Source of the DNA: a candidate division WOR-3 bacterium UBA6260
GTDB lineage: Bacteria > Hydrothermota > 32-111
Direction of reading: 5' to 3'
NCBI GenBank assembly: GCA_002441125.1
Contig: DJVI01000028.1
Span: forward strand, 35,377 to 99,376
DNA: 64,000 nt
Both the position numbers and the translations under genes were made by a program. Each line of letters starts with the position of its first letter. Positions within the stretch are counted from its first letter, which is position 1. Of the stretch, positions 16,396-26,399 are shown in pieces. A model generated the notes under the pieces. The model had not been told where the DNA came from. It saw only the letters and a list, made by a program, of their open reading frames with translations, and did no database searches.

Positions 16396-17476
16396 ATCTC
16401 TCTATTAATTCTTTCAATCTTGAAAGTTCATTCTCATTGTTGAAAATATGGAAAGCGAATCTGACCATCCCATCTCTGAAAGATACTCTGACATTCTTTT
16501 CGATAAGGTAGTTGAAAAAGTTTTTTGTATTTTTCGTTTTGAAAGAAATTATAGGAGTTTTTATCTCTATAATATTTTGGGAAAGAAAACCAAAATTTTC
16601 AAGCATATGCCCTATATTTTTTATTCCTTCAAGATTATGAGAATATATTTCTTCTTTTCCTACACTGTTTAAAAATTTTAAATTCTCACCCATCATCGTA
16701 ATACCTAAAAAGTTTCTCGTTCCACCTTCTATACCTGAACCATTCATCCTGTATTCAGGTAAATTTTCAAAAGAATCAAAATTTTTATAATCCAAAGAAA
16801 GCCATCCACAATTCCTTTTAACAATTCTATCTATATGTTGTTCATCAATATATAAAAATCCTATACCTTGAGGACCTAAAAGCCATTTTGAGGCACCAGC
16901 GAAAAGAAAATCTACAGGTGTTTTCCCAATATCTATCGGAACTGAACCTGCCGCCTGTATGGCGTCAACAGCAATTATAGAATTTCTGTTATGAACTATC
17001 TCAAGCAAAATGTTTAAATCAACAATATCTCCTGTAAGGTAATCCACAAGGTCAATGAAAACCAAACTCTTTTTATATTTAGATAATTCCCTATCAAGAT
17101 TGTTCGGATTCTTGGCTATAACCTCAACAGAATATCTGTCATCTTTTAAAAATGGGATTAAAGTGCATGGAAAAGTTTTTCCATAAATAATAATTTTCTT
17201 TATTTCAGAAAATCCATTTTTTATTATATGAACAGAGGATGTAGTGTTCTGAACAAGCCCTATACTGCTTTGTTTACAGTTTATAAGTTTTGCTATTTCC
17301 TTTCTGCAATTCTCTATTGTGGAAAAATAAGTTTCAAGTGGTATATCTCCTTCGAAAGAAAGTTTTTCAAGTAACTTTTGTGCTTTAAGAACACTCTCTT
17401 TTGTAGGAATCCCTGATGATGCTGAGTTGAAATATAAAACATCCCTTTGATTAAAATATGTTGAATAATCTTTCAT
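16385..17476 (-). CDS. Class-V aminotransferase fold PLP enzyme (cysteine-desulfurase/epimerase-like)
   Basis: FAGASKWLLGPQGIGFLYI matches the PLP-Lys motif SxHKxxGPxGxGxLY. 363 aa. Confidence 0.65.
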   Translation of the reverse strand: MKDYSTYFNQRDVLYFNSASSGIPTKESVLKAQKLLEKLSFEGDIPLETYFSTIENCRKEIAKLINCKQSSIGLVQNTTSSVHIIKNGFSEIKKIIIYGKTFPCTLIPFLKDDRYSVEVIAKNPNNLDRELSKYKKSLVFIDLVDYLTGDIVDLNILLEIVHNRNSIIAVDAIQAAGSVPIDIGKTPVDFLFAGASKWLLGPQGIGFLYIDEQHIDRIVKRNCGWLSLDYKNFDSFENLPEYRMNGSGIEGGTRNFLGITMMGENLKFLNSVGKEEIYSHNLEGIKNIGHMLENFGFLSQNIIEIKTPIISFKTKNTKNFFNYLIEKNVRVSFRDGMVRFAFHIFNNENELSRLKELIERFSF

Positions 17477-17530
17477 AAGCCCACCTTTTTAATAATAAAT
17501 ATTTTATCATAAAAAATTACACATTCAAGA

Positions 17531-17605
17531 TGGCGCCCGAAGGGAATCGAACCCCCAACCTCTTGATCCGTAGTCAAGTGCTCTATCCAATTGAGCTACG
17601 GGCGC
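17531..17605 (-). tRNA. tRNA-Arg (anticodon ACG), with CCA encoded
   Basis: Reverse complement: GCGCCCGTAGCTCAATTGGATAGAGCACTTGACTACGGATCAAGAGGTTGGGGGTTCGATTCCCTTCGGGCGCCA. Confidence 0.85.
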
Positions 17606-17614
17606 GCAATTTTA

Positions 17615-18268
17615 TTATATACTTTCCTCTTTGGAATTCAATTCGAACTCATGCCTTATTGAAAAACCTATAAATAATTTTTTCGCTTGATCAGAGAATG
17701 GATATGTTACATCTATCTGGAAAGATTTTGGGATAAAAATGTTAACAAAAAAATCTGGAACTTTATGTTTGAAAAGGTCTCCCCTTTCAATATCAAGAGT
17801 CAAAAATAACTCGTTTTTTATCTTCTCTGTAAAATGAAGATAAGTTGAAAGACCCGTTGTGAAAGATATGTTTCTGTTTATGTGGTAACTCATTATTCCC
17901 GAGAATATCGGATAAACTAAAACATTTGAGACATTAGTGTAAAGATCTGTTTGGAGAGCAAACCTTAAAGGAATTTTAAAATCTGGAGAGTATTTGAGAC
18001 CAAAACCCGCAGAATTACTCTGGTATCCAACTATAAGGTCAAGATATTGTGCAAGTCCATAGTTGAAAGAAAAACCCCAATAACCTTTACTCTCTTTCAA
18101 AGAATCAGCCAAGTTTTTATCCTTTTCAGAAAAATATCCGGCATAGGCAAGATTGTATTGAAAATGAATATTACCGGTGTAGACAGGATCAGCAATCTGG
18201 TTTGATGGAAAAAGTTTAACAATAAAAAGAAAAAGGAAAATTAAAAAAAGTTTGAGATTCTTTTTCAT
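17615..18268 (-). CDS. Secreted protein, possibly a small beta-barrel outer-membrane protein
   Basis: Signal peptide MKKNLKLFLIFLFLFIVKLF. Rich in aromatics with an alternating pattern. No assignable family. Confidence 0.35.
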   Translation of the reverse strand: MKKNLKLFLIFLFLFIVKLFPSNQIADPVYTGNIHFQYNLAYAGYFSEKDKNLADSLKESKGYWGFSFNYGLAQYLDLIVGYQSNSAGFGLKYSPDFKIPLRFALQTDLYTNVSNVLVYPIFSGIMSYHINRNISFTTGLSTYLHFTEKIKNELFLTLDIERGDLFKHKVPDFFVNIFIPKSFQIDVTYPFSDQAKKLFIGFSIRHEFELNSKEESI

Positions 18269-18288
18269 AAAAAACCCCTTTAATTGAT

Positions 18289-19365
18289 TTATAAAAATTT
18301 TTCTAATATTTTTGAAATCCTTTCAGATGTTTTTCCATCCCAATATTTGATTCTATTACATCTCACTCTCTCAGAAATCCTGAAAATCTTTTCAACATTT
18401 TCAATATCAGGTTCCAAAAGAGTATTGGTTCCTTCTGTAACTGTAACAGGTCTTTCAGTGTTCTTTCTCAATGTAAAACAAGGTATATTAAGAAATGTAG
18501 TTTCCTCCTGAATACCACCAGAATCGGTTAAAACGAATTTTGAGTTCATCTCTAAAGCAACAGATTTAAGATATGAGACTGGTTTTACAACATATATTTT
18601 TTCTGAAATATATCTTTTTAAATTGAAAAGTTCTATCATTTTCTCTGTTCTTGGATGAAGTGGAAATATCACAGGGTAATCTTTTGAAAGAGTGTTAACA
18701 AAATTCAAAATTTTTATAAACCTTTTTCTGTCATCAACATTTGAAGGTCTGTGTAATGTTAGATAGATGAAATTTTTTCTTTTAACGGAAAATTCCCTAC
18801 ATATATCGATACTTTTTATTTTATCAAAATTTTCTTTTAAAGTATCAATCATTATGTTCCCTACAAGAAAAATATTTTCCTTCTCCCTGCCCTCTTTTAA
18901 AAGGTTTGAAATAGCATCTGATGATGGGGCGAAAAGAAAATCTGAAAGAGAATCTGTAACAATTCTATTTATCTCTTCAGGCATACTTTTATCAAAACTC
19001 CTTAAACCTGCCTCAACATGTGCAACTTTCAAATAGAGTTTTTTCGCCGCAATCGTAGCTGCCATAGTTGAGTTGACATCTCCAAAAACAACACAAAGGT
19101 TAGGTTTTCTTTTCAAAAGTAGTCTCTCATACTCAACCATTATCTTAGATGTTTGGTAAGCATGTGTTCCACTTTTAACATCAAAAGAATACTCTGGTCT
19201 TGGAATTGAAAGATCCTTAAAGAATATATCTGACATCTCCTTTGTGTAATGCTGACCTGTGTGTATCAACCTAACATTAAACTTTTCTCTTAAAATTCTG
19301 TTAAGTTTTACAACTTTTATAAAATTTGGTCTTGCTCCTATTATAAGGTCAACAGTTTTTTTCAT
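18289..19365 (-). CDS. wecB: UDP-N-acetylglucosamine 2-epimerase (non-hydrolysing)
   Basis: IIGARPNFIKVVKL...HVEAGLRSFD...HRPSNVDD...LTDSGGIQEE match the WecB/MnaA signatures. Confidence 0.88.
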   Translation of the reverse strand: MKKTVDLIIGARPNFIKVVKLNRILREKFNVRLIHTGQHYTKEMSDIFFKDLSIPRPEYSFDVKSGTHAYQTSKIMVEYERLLLKRKPNLCVVFGDVNSTMAATIAAKKLYLKVAHVEAGLRSFDKSMPEEINRIVTDSLSDFLFAPSSDAISNLLKEGREKENIFLVGNIMIDTLKENFDKIKSIDICREFSVKRKNFIYLTLHRPSNVDDRKRFIKILNFVNTLSKDYPVIFPLHPRTEKMIELFNLKRYISEKIYVVKPVSYLKSVALEMNSKFVLTDSGGIQEETTFLNIPCFTLRKNTERPVTVTEGTNTLLEPDIENVEKIFRISERVRCNRIKYWDGKTSERISKILEKFL

Positions 19366-20291
19366 AGATAAAATTCCATTGATCTTTTTAAACCTTCTTT
19401 TACCTTCACAAGAACTTCATATTTCAATATTTTTCTTATCTTTTCTATATCAGCCAAAGAATCCCTTACATCACCTGCTCTTGGTGGGAGATACCTTTTC
19501 TCTATTTTATAACCTGTTATATTTGAAACATAATCTACGAGTTCATTTACAGAGATCCTTTCTCCACACGCCACATTGAAAGTTTCTCCAAAAGCTTCAT
19601 CAGGTGCTTTGAGTGAAAGGATGTTAGCATAAACTACATTTGAAACATAAGTGAAATCTCTTGTCTGGTTTCCATCACCAAAAATAGTGATGTAAGTTTT
19701 GTTTTTAACAGCTGAAAAAACTTTCGGAATAAAAGCGGAGTACTGTGACATTGGGTCCTGATTCTCACCAAAAACATTAAAATATCTGAGTGAAATAGTT
19801 TTCAAACCGTAAATTTTATAGAAAATTGAAGAGTAGTATTCGCCAGTCAACTTTGTCAGAGCGTATGGTGATTTTGGTTTGGGTTCAAGTGTTTCGACTT
19901 TAGGAATTAAAGGATTATCACCGTAAATTGAAGAAGATGATGCGAAAATAAACCTTTTAATATTCATATCTTTACTGCATTGGAGAAGGTTCAAAGTTCC
20001 AACAATATTAACATCGTTAGTCGTAATTGGATCGTTAATTGACCTTGGAACTGAAGGAAGTGCTGCCTGATGGAAAACATAATCTATATCTTTCAGAGAG
20101 AGCATAACTGTATGGTAACTCCTTATATCACCTTCAACAAGTTCTATCCTATCAATAAAAGGAAGAATGTTTTCCCTTTTACCTGTTGAAAAGTTATCAA
20201 GAACCCTAACTTGATTGTTATCCTCAAGTAGTGCTTTTACAAGATTGCTTCCGATAAATCCAGCACCACCTGTAACAAGAATTTTAGCCAT
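19362..20291 (-). CDS. NAD-dependent nucleotide-sugar epimerase/dehydratase (UDP-sugar 4-epimerase-like SDR)
   Basis: ILVTGGAGFIGSNL Rossmann motif. YALTK catalytic YxxxK. 309 aa. Overlaps wecB by 4 nt. Confidence 0.8.
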   Translation of the reverse strand: MAKILVTGGAGFIGSNLVKALLEDNNQVRVLDNFSTGKRENILPFIDRIELVEGDIRSYHTVMLSLKDIDYVFHQAALPSVPRSINDPITTNDVNIVGTLNLLQCSKDMNIKRFIFASSSSIYGDNPLIPKVETLEPKPKSPYALTKLTGEYYSSIFYKIYGLKTISLRYFNVFGENQDPMSQYSAFIPKVFSAVKNKTYITIFGDGNQTRDFTYVSNVVYANILSLKAPDEAFGETFNVACGERISVNELVDYVSNITGYKIEKRYLPPRAGDVRDSLADIEKIRKILKYEVLVKVKEGLKRSMEFYL

Positions 20292-20343
20292 CCTTTCTCC
20301 TTTTTAAAAAAGCATTATACCATAAACTTTTCCATTTACAATC

Positions 20344-21936
20344 TCAATTTATCTTTAAAATAGATAGAAAAACACCTTCCCTGTTTTCAAAAATATCAAA
20401 ATTCCCAAAATAGAGAGAATCATCATCGGTAAAATATTCGAATGTTAAAATATCACCTTTTTCAATCTTAACTATTCCATTTCCACTCAAATTTATAAAA
20501 TTCCCTCTTTCTATTGTCCCTTTATAACCAGAGTTTAAGTGAGCAACTTCTCTACCATCAATTTTTACTCTCAAAAACAGATCCGTTTTTTCTTTTTTCG
20601 AAGAGAAAGTTACTTTATAGGAAATGTTATAAAAACCGCTTTTCAAAAAATATAAACTACTGACATCCTTTTCTGAAACTTTAAAATATTCAGAGTTGTT
20701 CTCTAAAACTACTTTTTGAAAATTGAAATTTTTGAAAATATTTTTTTTACTACTATTCTCATTCAAAGTGAAAATTTTCAAGGGAGTGTTTAGATTAACT
20801 TCAAGAAAAGGTAAATTGGGATCAACAAAAATATTTCTTCTAAAAATTATATTGTTTGAACTATCCTCAAATAAAGAGAGATCATTTATTTTATCAAGAT
20901 TTGAAAATCCCCATCTAATATTCTGATTTTTCCCATTGTTGTATCTAAATATCAAAGGTTGATCTAAAAAATTTGTTAAATTTTTTGTGTAAATCTCAGA
21001 AGTATAAAGTTTTACATTTTTCATATCCAACCTGTTATCTTTGAATGTAATAGTGTCCCTTATGCTTGAAACAAATGAAAGAATACCATCACCTGAAAGA
21101 TTTAATTTAACTTTATTACCAACACTTATTTCTTTTCCAACATTCAGATTCCCTGAAACTGTAAAAGAGCCATCTTCTTTTTTGAAAAATATTGAATCCT
21201 TTTCACTTTTGACCTTCATTTCACCATTTATTTGCATAAAAGATGCTGCATATATAGAAGAATCAACAAAATTTTTTGCTATGTATCTATCTTTTGCTAT
21301 TATTCCACCTTCCATCTGCAAAAGATTGTGTATATCATCCTTCTCCTTCAAAATAAGAATATTCTGTTTTTTATTTCCATATATTATGAAACTATCTCCG
21401 TCTGTCTCGTGAAGTAAAGATTTTATTCCCCAGAAATTTGTACCTACATATTTGCCCTGACTTGCTGCAAGATAACCGTTTGAAAGCCATTTGAAACTAT
21501 TTGATATCTCGCATCCAAAAATATCTGAAAATTTTACTAACTTCTCATTTACCAAATTCTCACACATACAAAAAAACATTGCAAAATAATCAATCCCACC
21601 CTGATTTATAAAAGATTTAAAAGTCAGATTCTCCATCTGAACTGTAACATCTTCAGATCTGTTTATTATTACACTTCCATCAAGATCACAATTGGATGGA
21701 GTGTTCATACCAAAAATTACTAACTTTTTTATAGGTTCATTGATAACAATACTATCATATTCTAAATTTGAAATTATGTTGATTTTAATATCTTTTAAAT
21801 CATTTTCTGAAGCATAATCTAAAAGATCCGATATATTTTTAAAACTATCTGAAGGGATATTGTAAATCTTTTGTTCAAAAGCGGATATTTTCAGGAAAGA
21901 TAACAAAAAAACAAAATAAAAAAATTTTCTACCCAT
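20344..21936 (-). CDS. Secreted protein of unknown function
   Basis: N-terminal signal peptide MGRKFFYFVFLLSFLKISAF. 530 aa, rich in N/S/G/K. Motif-free by eye. Confidence 0.4.
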   Translation of the reverse strand: MGRKFFYFVFLLSFLKISAFEQKIYNIPSDSFKNISDLLDYASENDLKDIKINIISNLEYDSIVINEPIKKLVIFGMNTPSNCDLDGSVIINRSEDVTVQMENLTFKSFINQGGIDYFAMFFCMCENLVNEKLVKFSDIFGCEISNSFKWLSNGYLAASQGKYVGTNFWGIKSLLHETDGDSFIIYGNKKQNILILKEKDDIHNLLQMEGGIIAKDRYIAKNFVDSSIYAASFMQINGEMKVKSEKDSIFFKKEDGSFTVSGNLNVGKEISVGNKVKLNLSGDGILSFVSSIRDTITFKDNRLDMKNVKLYTSEIYTKNLTNFLDQPLIFRYNNGKNQNIRWGFSNLDKINDLSLFEDSSNNIIFRRNIFVDPNLPFLEVNLNTPLKIFTLNENSSKKNIFKNFNFQKVVLENNSEYFKVSEKDVSSLYFLKSGFYNISYKVTFSSKKEKTDLFLRVKIDGREVAHLNSGYKGTIERGNFINLSGNGIVKIEKGDILTFEYFTDDDSLYFGNFDIFENREGVFLSILKIN

Positions 21937-22158
21937 ATTTTAATTCTCCTTATTTTAAATTTTATCATAGTATAAGAGTAATTCAATGGTAGAATTGTGA
22001 GATTTTTATTAACTATTGTTCAAAATGAATAAAATAAAGGTAATAAGAATATATCAAAAAAGTATAAGAGACAAAAATATTTTTCTTAAAAATAATTTTT
22101 TTAATTTATACTACTTTTTTAAACTATTTGGATAGATTTTTGATTGAAGATAGTTATA

Positions 22159-22186
22159 TTGACAAAAAAGATTTTTTTGTTAATAT
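22159..22186 (+). promoter_or_regulatory. Promoter for tRNA-Leu (TTGACA-16 nt-TAATAT)
   Basis: TTGACA at 22159-22164 and TAATAT at 22181-22186. The tRNA 5' end is at 22196. Confidence 0.45.
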
Positions 22187-22195
22187 TCTTTCTAT

Positions 22196-22279
22196 GCCGA
22201 AGTGGTGGAATTGGTAGACACGTCGGTCTCAAAAACCGATGATGGCAACATCATGCCGGTTCGACTCCGGCCTTCGGCA
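22196..22279 (+). tRNA. tRNA-Leu (anticodon CAA), with a long variable arm
   Basis: GCCGAAG-TG-GTGGAATTGGTAGACAC-G-TCGGT-CTCAAAA-ACCGA-TGATGGCAACATCATG-CCGGTTCGACTCCGG-CCTTCGGC-A. Confidence 0.88.
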
Positions 22280-22280
22280 T

Positions 22281-22988
22281 TTAAGATCTCGCGAAAGTAA
22301 TTCCTAAAACTTTTTCTATTTTGAAATGTGATTTTAAGACTCTTGCAGCATCAGACATAGTTTTGCCTGTGGTGAAAACATCATCAACAACAAGAATTGA
22401 AAAACAGGTAAAATCTTTTTTTGATGGATAAAATATTTCTCCTCTTTTTTCCCTTAAAAATCTTGGTAGAACTGCCTGATTTACAATTCTTTCTTTCTGT
22501 TTTAAAATGTTTTCGGCGATCGGGATCCCTGTCAGTTCAGATAGATCTTTTGCCAAAATAAAAGATTGGTTGTAATACCTGTTGTAACTTTTGAAAAAAC
22601 TCTGTGGTATATAGGTTATGAATTCTACATTTTGAAAATTAACATCCTCCTGTAATTTCATATAAAGAGAATTCGAAATAAATGAACTCAAAGATTTTAT
22701 GTTATAGTACTTGAAATTTTTTATGATCGTTGAAGTTATTTTATCATAATAGTAAACTGACCTGACATAATCAAAATCATATACATTATCTTTACATTTG
22801 TCACACAAAATTTCATCCTCATCTATATTTTTTCCACAAATATTACATAAACTACCTCCAACCCTTTTTAAACCAACAAAACAATCTTTACACAAAGGTA
22901 TATCCTTAATGAACCTTTCTTTTTTACATACTATACAGTTATCAGGAAAAAGTAGTTTGAAAGGGTTACCAATATCTATCCCTCTCAT
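22281..22988 (-). CDS. comF: ComF-family protein (zinc-ribbon plus phosphoribosyltransferase domain)
   Basis: N-terminal CxxC...CxxC pairs (CIVCKK...CKDCF; CNICGK...CDKC). C-terminal PRTase motif ILVVDDVFTTGKT. Confidence 0.75.
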   Translation of the reverse strand: MRGIDIGNPFKLLFPDNCIVCKKERFIKDIPLCKDCFVGLKRVGGSLCNICGKNIDEDEILCDKCKDNVYDFDYVRSVYYYDKITSTIIKNFKYYNIKSLSSFISNSLYMKLQEDVNFQNVEFITYIPQSFFKSYNRYYNQSFILAKDLSELTGIPIAENILKQKERIVNQAVLPRFLREKRGEIFYPSKKDFTCFSILVVDDVFTTGKTMSDAARVLKSHFKIEKVLGITFARS

Positions 22989-24168
22989 CGATACCTCTAT
23001 TTATTATAGCGAACATTATAAATGTTGTTAAGTATGATGAACCACCATAGGAAAATAAAGGTAAGGGAACACCAACTATCGGGATCAAACCACAAGACAT
23101 GCTTATATTCAAAAAGTATTCAACTATAATAAATATTGTGAAAGAGTAAACTACGAGTTTCGTGTATTTTGATTTTATCCTGTTAACATTATATAGGACT
23201 CTAAGCAAAATTATTGAAAGCATCGTAAGTATAAAAAGATAACCTAAAAAACCGAACTCCTCACCAACAGCTGAAAAGATAAAATCTGTGTGTTGTTGTG
23301 GAACAAAATTTAAACCTTTTTGCGTTCCATTCAAAAATCCTTTTCCAAAAATTCCTCCAGAACCTATACCTATTTTCGATTGTAAGAGATTCCATCCATA
23401 ACCATGAATATCCTTTTGTGGAGAAAGGTAAGAAATTATTCTATTCTTCTGATAATCTCTCAAACTGTTCCAAACAACCGGTGCCAATCCTCCAAATATT
23501 ATGTTTGCAAAAAATACTTTGAGAAGTTTAATAAAATCTACTTTTGAAAAATATAGAACAAAAGCTATGAAAAAAAGATAAAAGATCCAAAATATAGGGA
23601 AAAAAGAAAAAATTATCGAAAGGATTGGTGTAAAAAGTATAAACAGATTTATAAATTTTATACCGTAAAGATATAAAATAAGAAAGAGGATTATTATAAA
23701 AAGAATAGATGTTCCAAGATCAGGTTGAAAAAATATAAGGAAGAATGGAATAAGAACAATGATGTATGAGACGAAAAGTGTTAGAAAGCTGTCCTTTTTT
23801 TCCTTTCTTGATAACAAAAATCTTGGCAGTGTCAGAATAAGAGATACTTTTGCGAATTCAGAAGGTTGAATGTATGCTATACCAAAATCAAACCACCTTT
23901 CTACTGGAGCTTTATTTACAACTTTTAAAAAAACAAGTAAAGATATAGAAAAGAAATAAAGAAGGTAAGCACTTATGTAAAAAATTTTTATAGGTATAAA
24001 TTGGATACCAACAAAAAGAATCAATGATATAAAAAACCAAATAAGCTGTTTATAGAATATAGAGATACTATCATTATGGACAACAGAGAACAAAACCAAA
24101 AGTCCAAAAATTGAAAGTGCTAACAGAGGTAAAACTATAAAAGGATCCAACTTTTTTTTAAAATCCAT
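22966..24168 (-). CDS. rodA: Rod-shape-determining SEDS protein RodA (FtsW/RodA/SpoVE family)
   Basis: A 10-TM SEDS protein with GSSYLTTFIMFAIINRG near the C-terminus. It lies immediately downstream of PBP2-mreDCB. Confidence 0.85.
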   Translation of the reverse strand: MDFKKKLDPFIVLPLLALSIFGLLVLFSVVHNDSISIFYKQLIWFFISLILFVGIQFIPIKIFYISAYLLYFFSISLLVFLKVVNKAPVERWFDFGIAYIQPSEFAKVSLILTLPRFLLSRKEKKDSFLTLFVSYIIVLIPFFLIFFQPDLGTSILFIIILFLILYLYGIKFINLFILFTPILSIIFSFFPIFWIFYLFFIAFVLYFSKVDFIKLLKVFFANIIFGGLAPVVWNSLRDYQKNRIISYLSPQKDIHGYGWNLLQSKIGIGSGGIFGKGFLNGTQKGLNFVPQQHTDFIFSAVGEEFGFLGYLFILTMLSIILLRVLYNVNRIKSKYTKLVVYSFTIFIIVEYFLNISMSCGLIPIVGVPLPLFSYGGSSYLTTFIMFAIINRGIDERDRYW

Positions 24169-25930
24169 TTTTAATCCTTAAATACTTTTCAACTATCATT
24201 TTTGTTATCTTTGCTGGGTCATCACCACCATGTCCACCATTCTCAATTACAACAACAATAACCAACCTGTCATTACCATCTTTATCAGTATAGATTGAAC
24301 CAAACCATGCATGAGGTTCACCTGATGAATTTTCTGCTGTTCCGGTTTTACCACTTATATATCCCAAATTTTTATCTATCCTTGCAAGAAGAGCAGTACC
24401 ATTATCAGAATTTACAACATTGTACAAAGAATTTTTTAAAAGTTTTAAATATTTTTTTTCAAACTTTACTTCCCTTTGAATTTTTTTTGTGTATTCGAAT
24501 ATTTTTTCACCATTTTTCGTTTTGACTGAATCGACAACATGTGGTCTTATAACTTTTCCATCATTCGCTATTATCAAAAACATTGATGCAACCTGTATTG
24601 GTGTAACAAGAATATCTCCCTGCCCTATTGAAAGATTTGCAATCTGTCCCATCCCCCACATATTTTTCCCATATTTTTTGTTAAGAAATTTTGAATCTGG
24701 AATTATCCCTCTACTCTCTTCAAATATATCTACTCCCGTTAAATCTCCAAAACCAAGTTCGGTTGCTCCTCTGTAAATAGCATCAACACCAACCTTCATT
24801 CCCAGTTGATAGAAATATATATCACATGAATTTATCAAAGCATCGAAAAGGTTTAGTTCATTGTGAACTTTCCAACATTTAAAAATTCTGTTTGAAATCA
24901 TTATGCTACCATAGCATGGTTGGAAAAATGTATTAGAGTCAGCTTTTTCATCCTGAAGTGCTGTAAGGAATGTGACTATTTTAAAAACTGAACCTGGTGG
25001 ATACAATCCATTCGTAGCCCTATTAAGAAAAGGTGAAAAAATGTTTGTTCTCAAATACTCCCAAACATCATTCCTTATACCTGTTATAAAAATATTCGGG
25101 TCAAAAGATGGCTTAGAATAAAGAGATAATATACCCCCACTCTTGCAATCCAAAACTATCGCTGTTCCACTTTGAAAATCTTTGAAAATAGTATCTATAT
25201 AACTTTGTAACTTGTGATTTATACTTAAAAAAATATCATCCCCATTTATTTTTTTTAAAGAATTTTTTTGTTCAACCTCTCTTACAATATCTCCCGTTAC
25301 ATCAACCTCATAATATTTAATTCCATTTCTTCCTTTCAGGAAACTCTCATAACTTTTTTCAACTCCAGTTTTACCAACAAAATCTGAAATACTGTAACCT
25401 TTCATCTTCAACTCATAGAGTTCATTCCCCGTGATCTTTCCAACATAGCCAACAATATGAGAGTATAAATATTCATAAGGGTAATATCTTTTTGGCTGAT
25501 ACCTTATATCGAATTCCGGGAAGTGATTTCTATTCTCCTCTATGAATGTTACATCATCAATATTCAAATTGTTTTTAAGACATATCTCCTTTTCATTGTT
25601 TCTTTTTGCATCACCTATCATCTGATTTATGGAGTCAGGATCAACCTCTATAATTTTGGAAATGTTAAGAATATTATCCGCTGTTATATCGAATTTATCA
25701 AGGTTGCAGAACAAAGAAAAATATTTTTTAGATGTAGCTATAACTACAGAATCTGAACTTATTATGTTACCCCTGACAGCTGGAACAATAACCTTTCTAT
25801 AACTGTTACCCTCTGATAAAGTTTTGTAATAACGATTTTCAAAAAATTGTAAATCGATAATAAAGATAACCTGTATGAAAAAAAGTAATACTATAAGAAA
25901 TATGAAATTTGTGTATCTATCTTGTGACAT
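24158..25930 (-). CDS. mrdA: Penicillin-binding protein 2 (class B transpeptidase)
   Basis: N-terminal TM, dimerisation domain, transpeptidase motifs SVFK (SxxK), SNR-like and KTGTA. Confidence 0.88.
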   Translation of the reverse strand: MSQDRYTNFIFLIVLLFFIQVIFIIDLQFFENRYYKTLSEGNSYRKVIVPAVRGNIISSDSVVIATSKKYFSLFCNLDKFDITADNILNISKIIEVDPDSINQMIGDAKRNNEKEICLKNNLNIDDVTFIEENRNHFPEFDIRYQPKRYYPYEYLYSHIVGYVGKITGNELYELKMKGYSISDFVGKTGVEKSYESFLKGRNGIKYYEVDVTGDIVREVEQKNSLKKINGDDIFLSINHKLQSYIDTIFKDFQSGTAIVLDCKSGGILSLYSKPSFDPNIFITGIRNDVWEYLRTNIFSPFLNRATNGLYPPGSVFKIVTFLTALQDEKADSNTFFQPCYGSIMISNRIFKCWKVHNELNLFDALINSCDIYFYQLGMKVGVDAIYRGATELGFGDLTGVDIFEESRGIIPDSKFLNKKYGKNMWGMGQIANLSIGQGDILVTPIQVASMFLIIANDGKVIRPHVVDSVKTKNGEKIFEYTKKIQREVKFEKKYLKLLKNSLYNVVNSDNGTALLARIDKNLGYISGKTGTAENSSGEPHAWFGSIYTDKDGNDRLVIVVVIENGGHGGDDPAKITKMIVEKYLRIKNGF

Positions 25931-26399
25931 AAAATTTCTTTAACAAATTCCTAAAAGAATGTAAAAGAAAGTATAAAAAAACTGTGTAAAATGGAATAAG
26001 AATGATGAAAACAAAAACCGTTACTATACTTTTTGATTTTTGAAAATTTATAACAAGTAGAATAATCCTATAAAAAAGATCGGAAATTAAAACCAAAAGA
26101 ACTCTGTTGAAAAATTTTTCTTTATAAAAAAAGTTTCCAAATCTTGAAGTAAAATATGAGATTATAAGAAAAACTGATGAATGGAAACCAAGGTATGTTC
26201 CCAAAATTGCATCACAGAAAAAACCTATAATAAAAGAGAAAAGGTAAGTAAATATTTCATTGAAGTTCAAACAGACAAAGATGAGAAGTATTATTATAAG
26301 ATCCGGTTGTATAACGCCATTTATTGAAAGAAAAGGAGGAACCGTTGAAACAAAATAAATGAAAATAAGAGAAAGAATAGTTAAAAGGAAATATTTCAT
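25917..26399 (-). CDS. mreD: Rod-shape-determining protein MreD
   Basis: A 160-aa polytopic membrane protein at the mreC-mreD-mrdA position. Overlaps both neighbours. Confidence 0.7.
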   Translation of the reverse strand: MKYFLLTILSLIFIYFVSTVPPFLSINGVIQPDLIIILLIFVCLNFNEIFTYLFSFIIGFFCDAILGTYLGFHSSVFLIISYFTSRFGNFFYKEKFFNRVLLVLISDLFYRIILLVINFQKSKSIVTVFVFIILIPFYTVFLYFLLHSFRNLLKKFYVTR

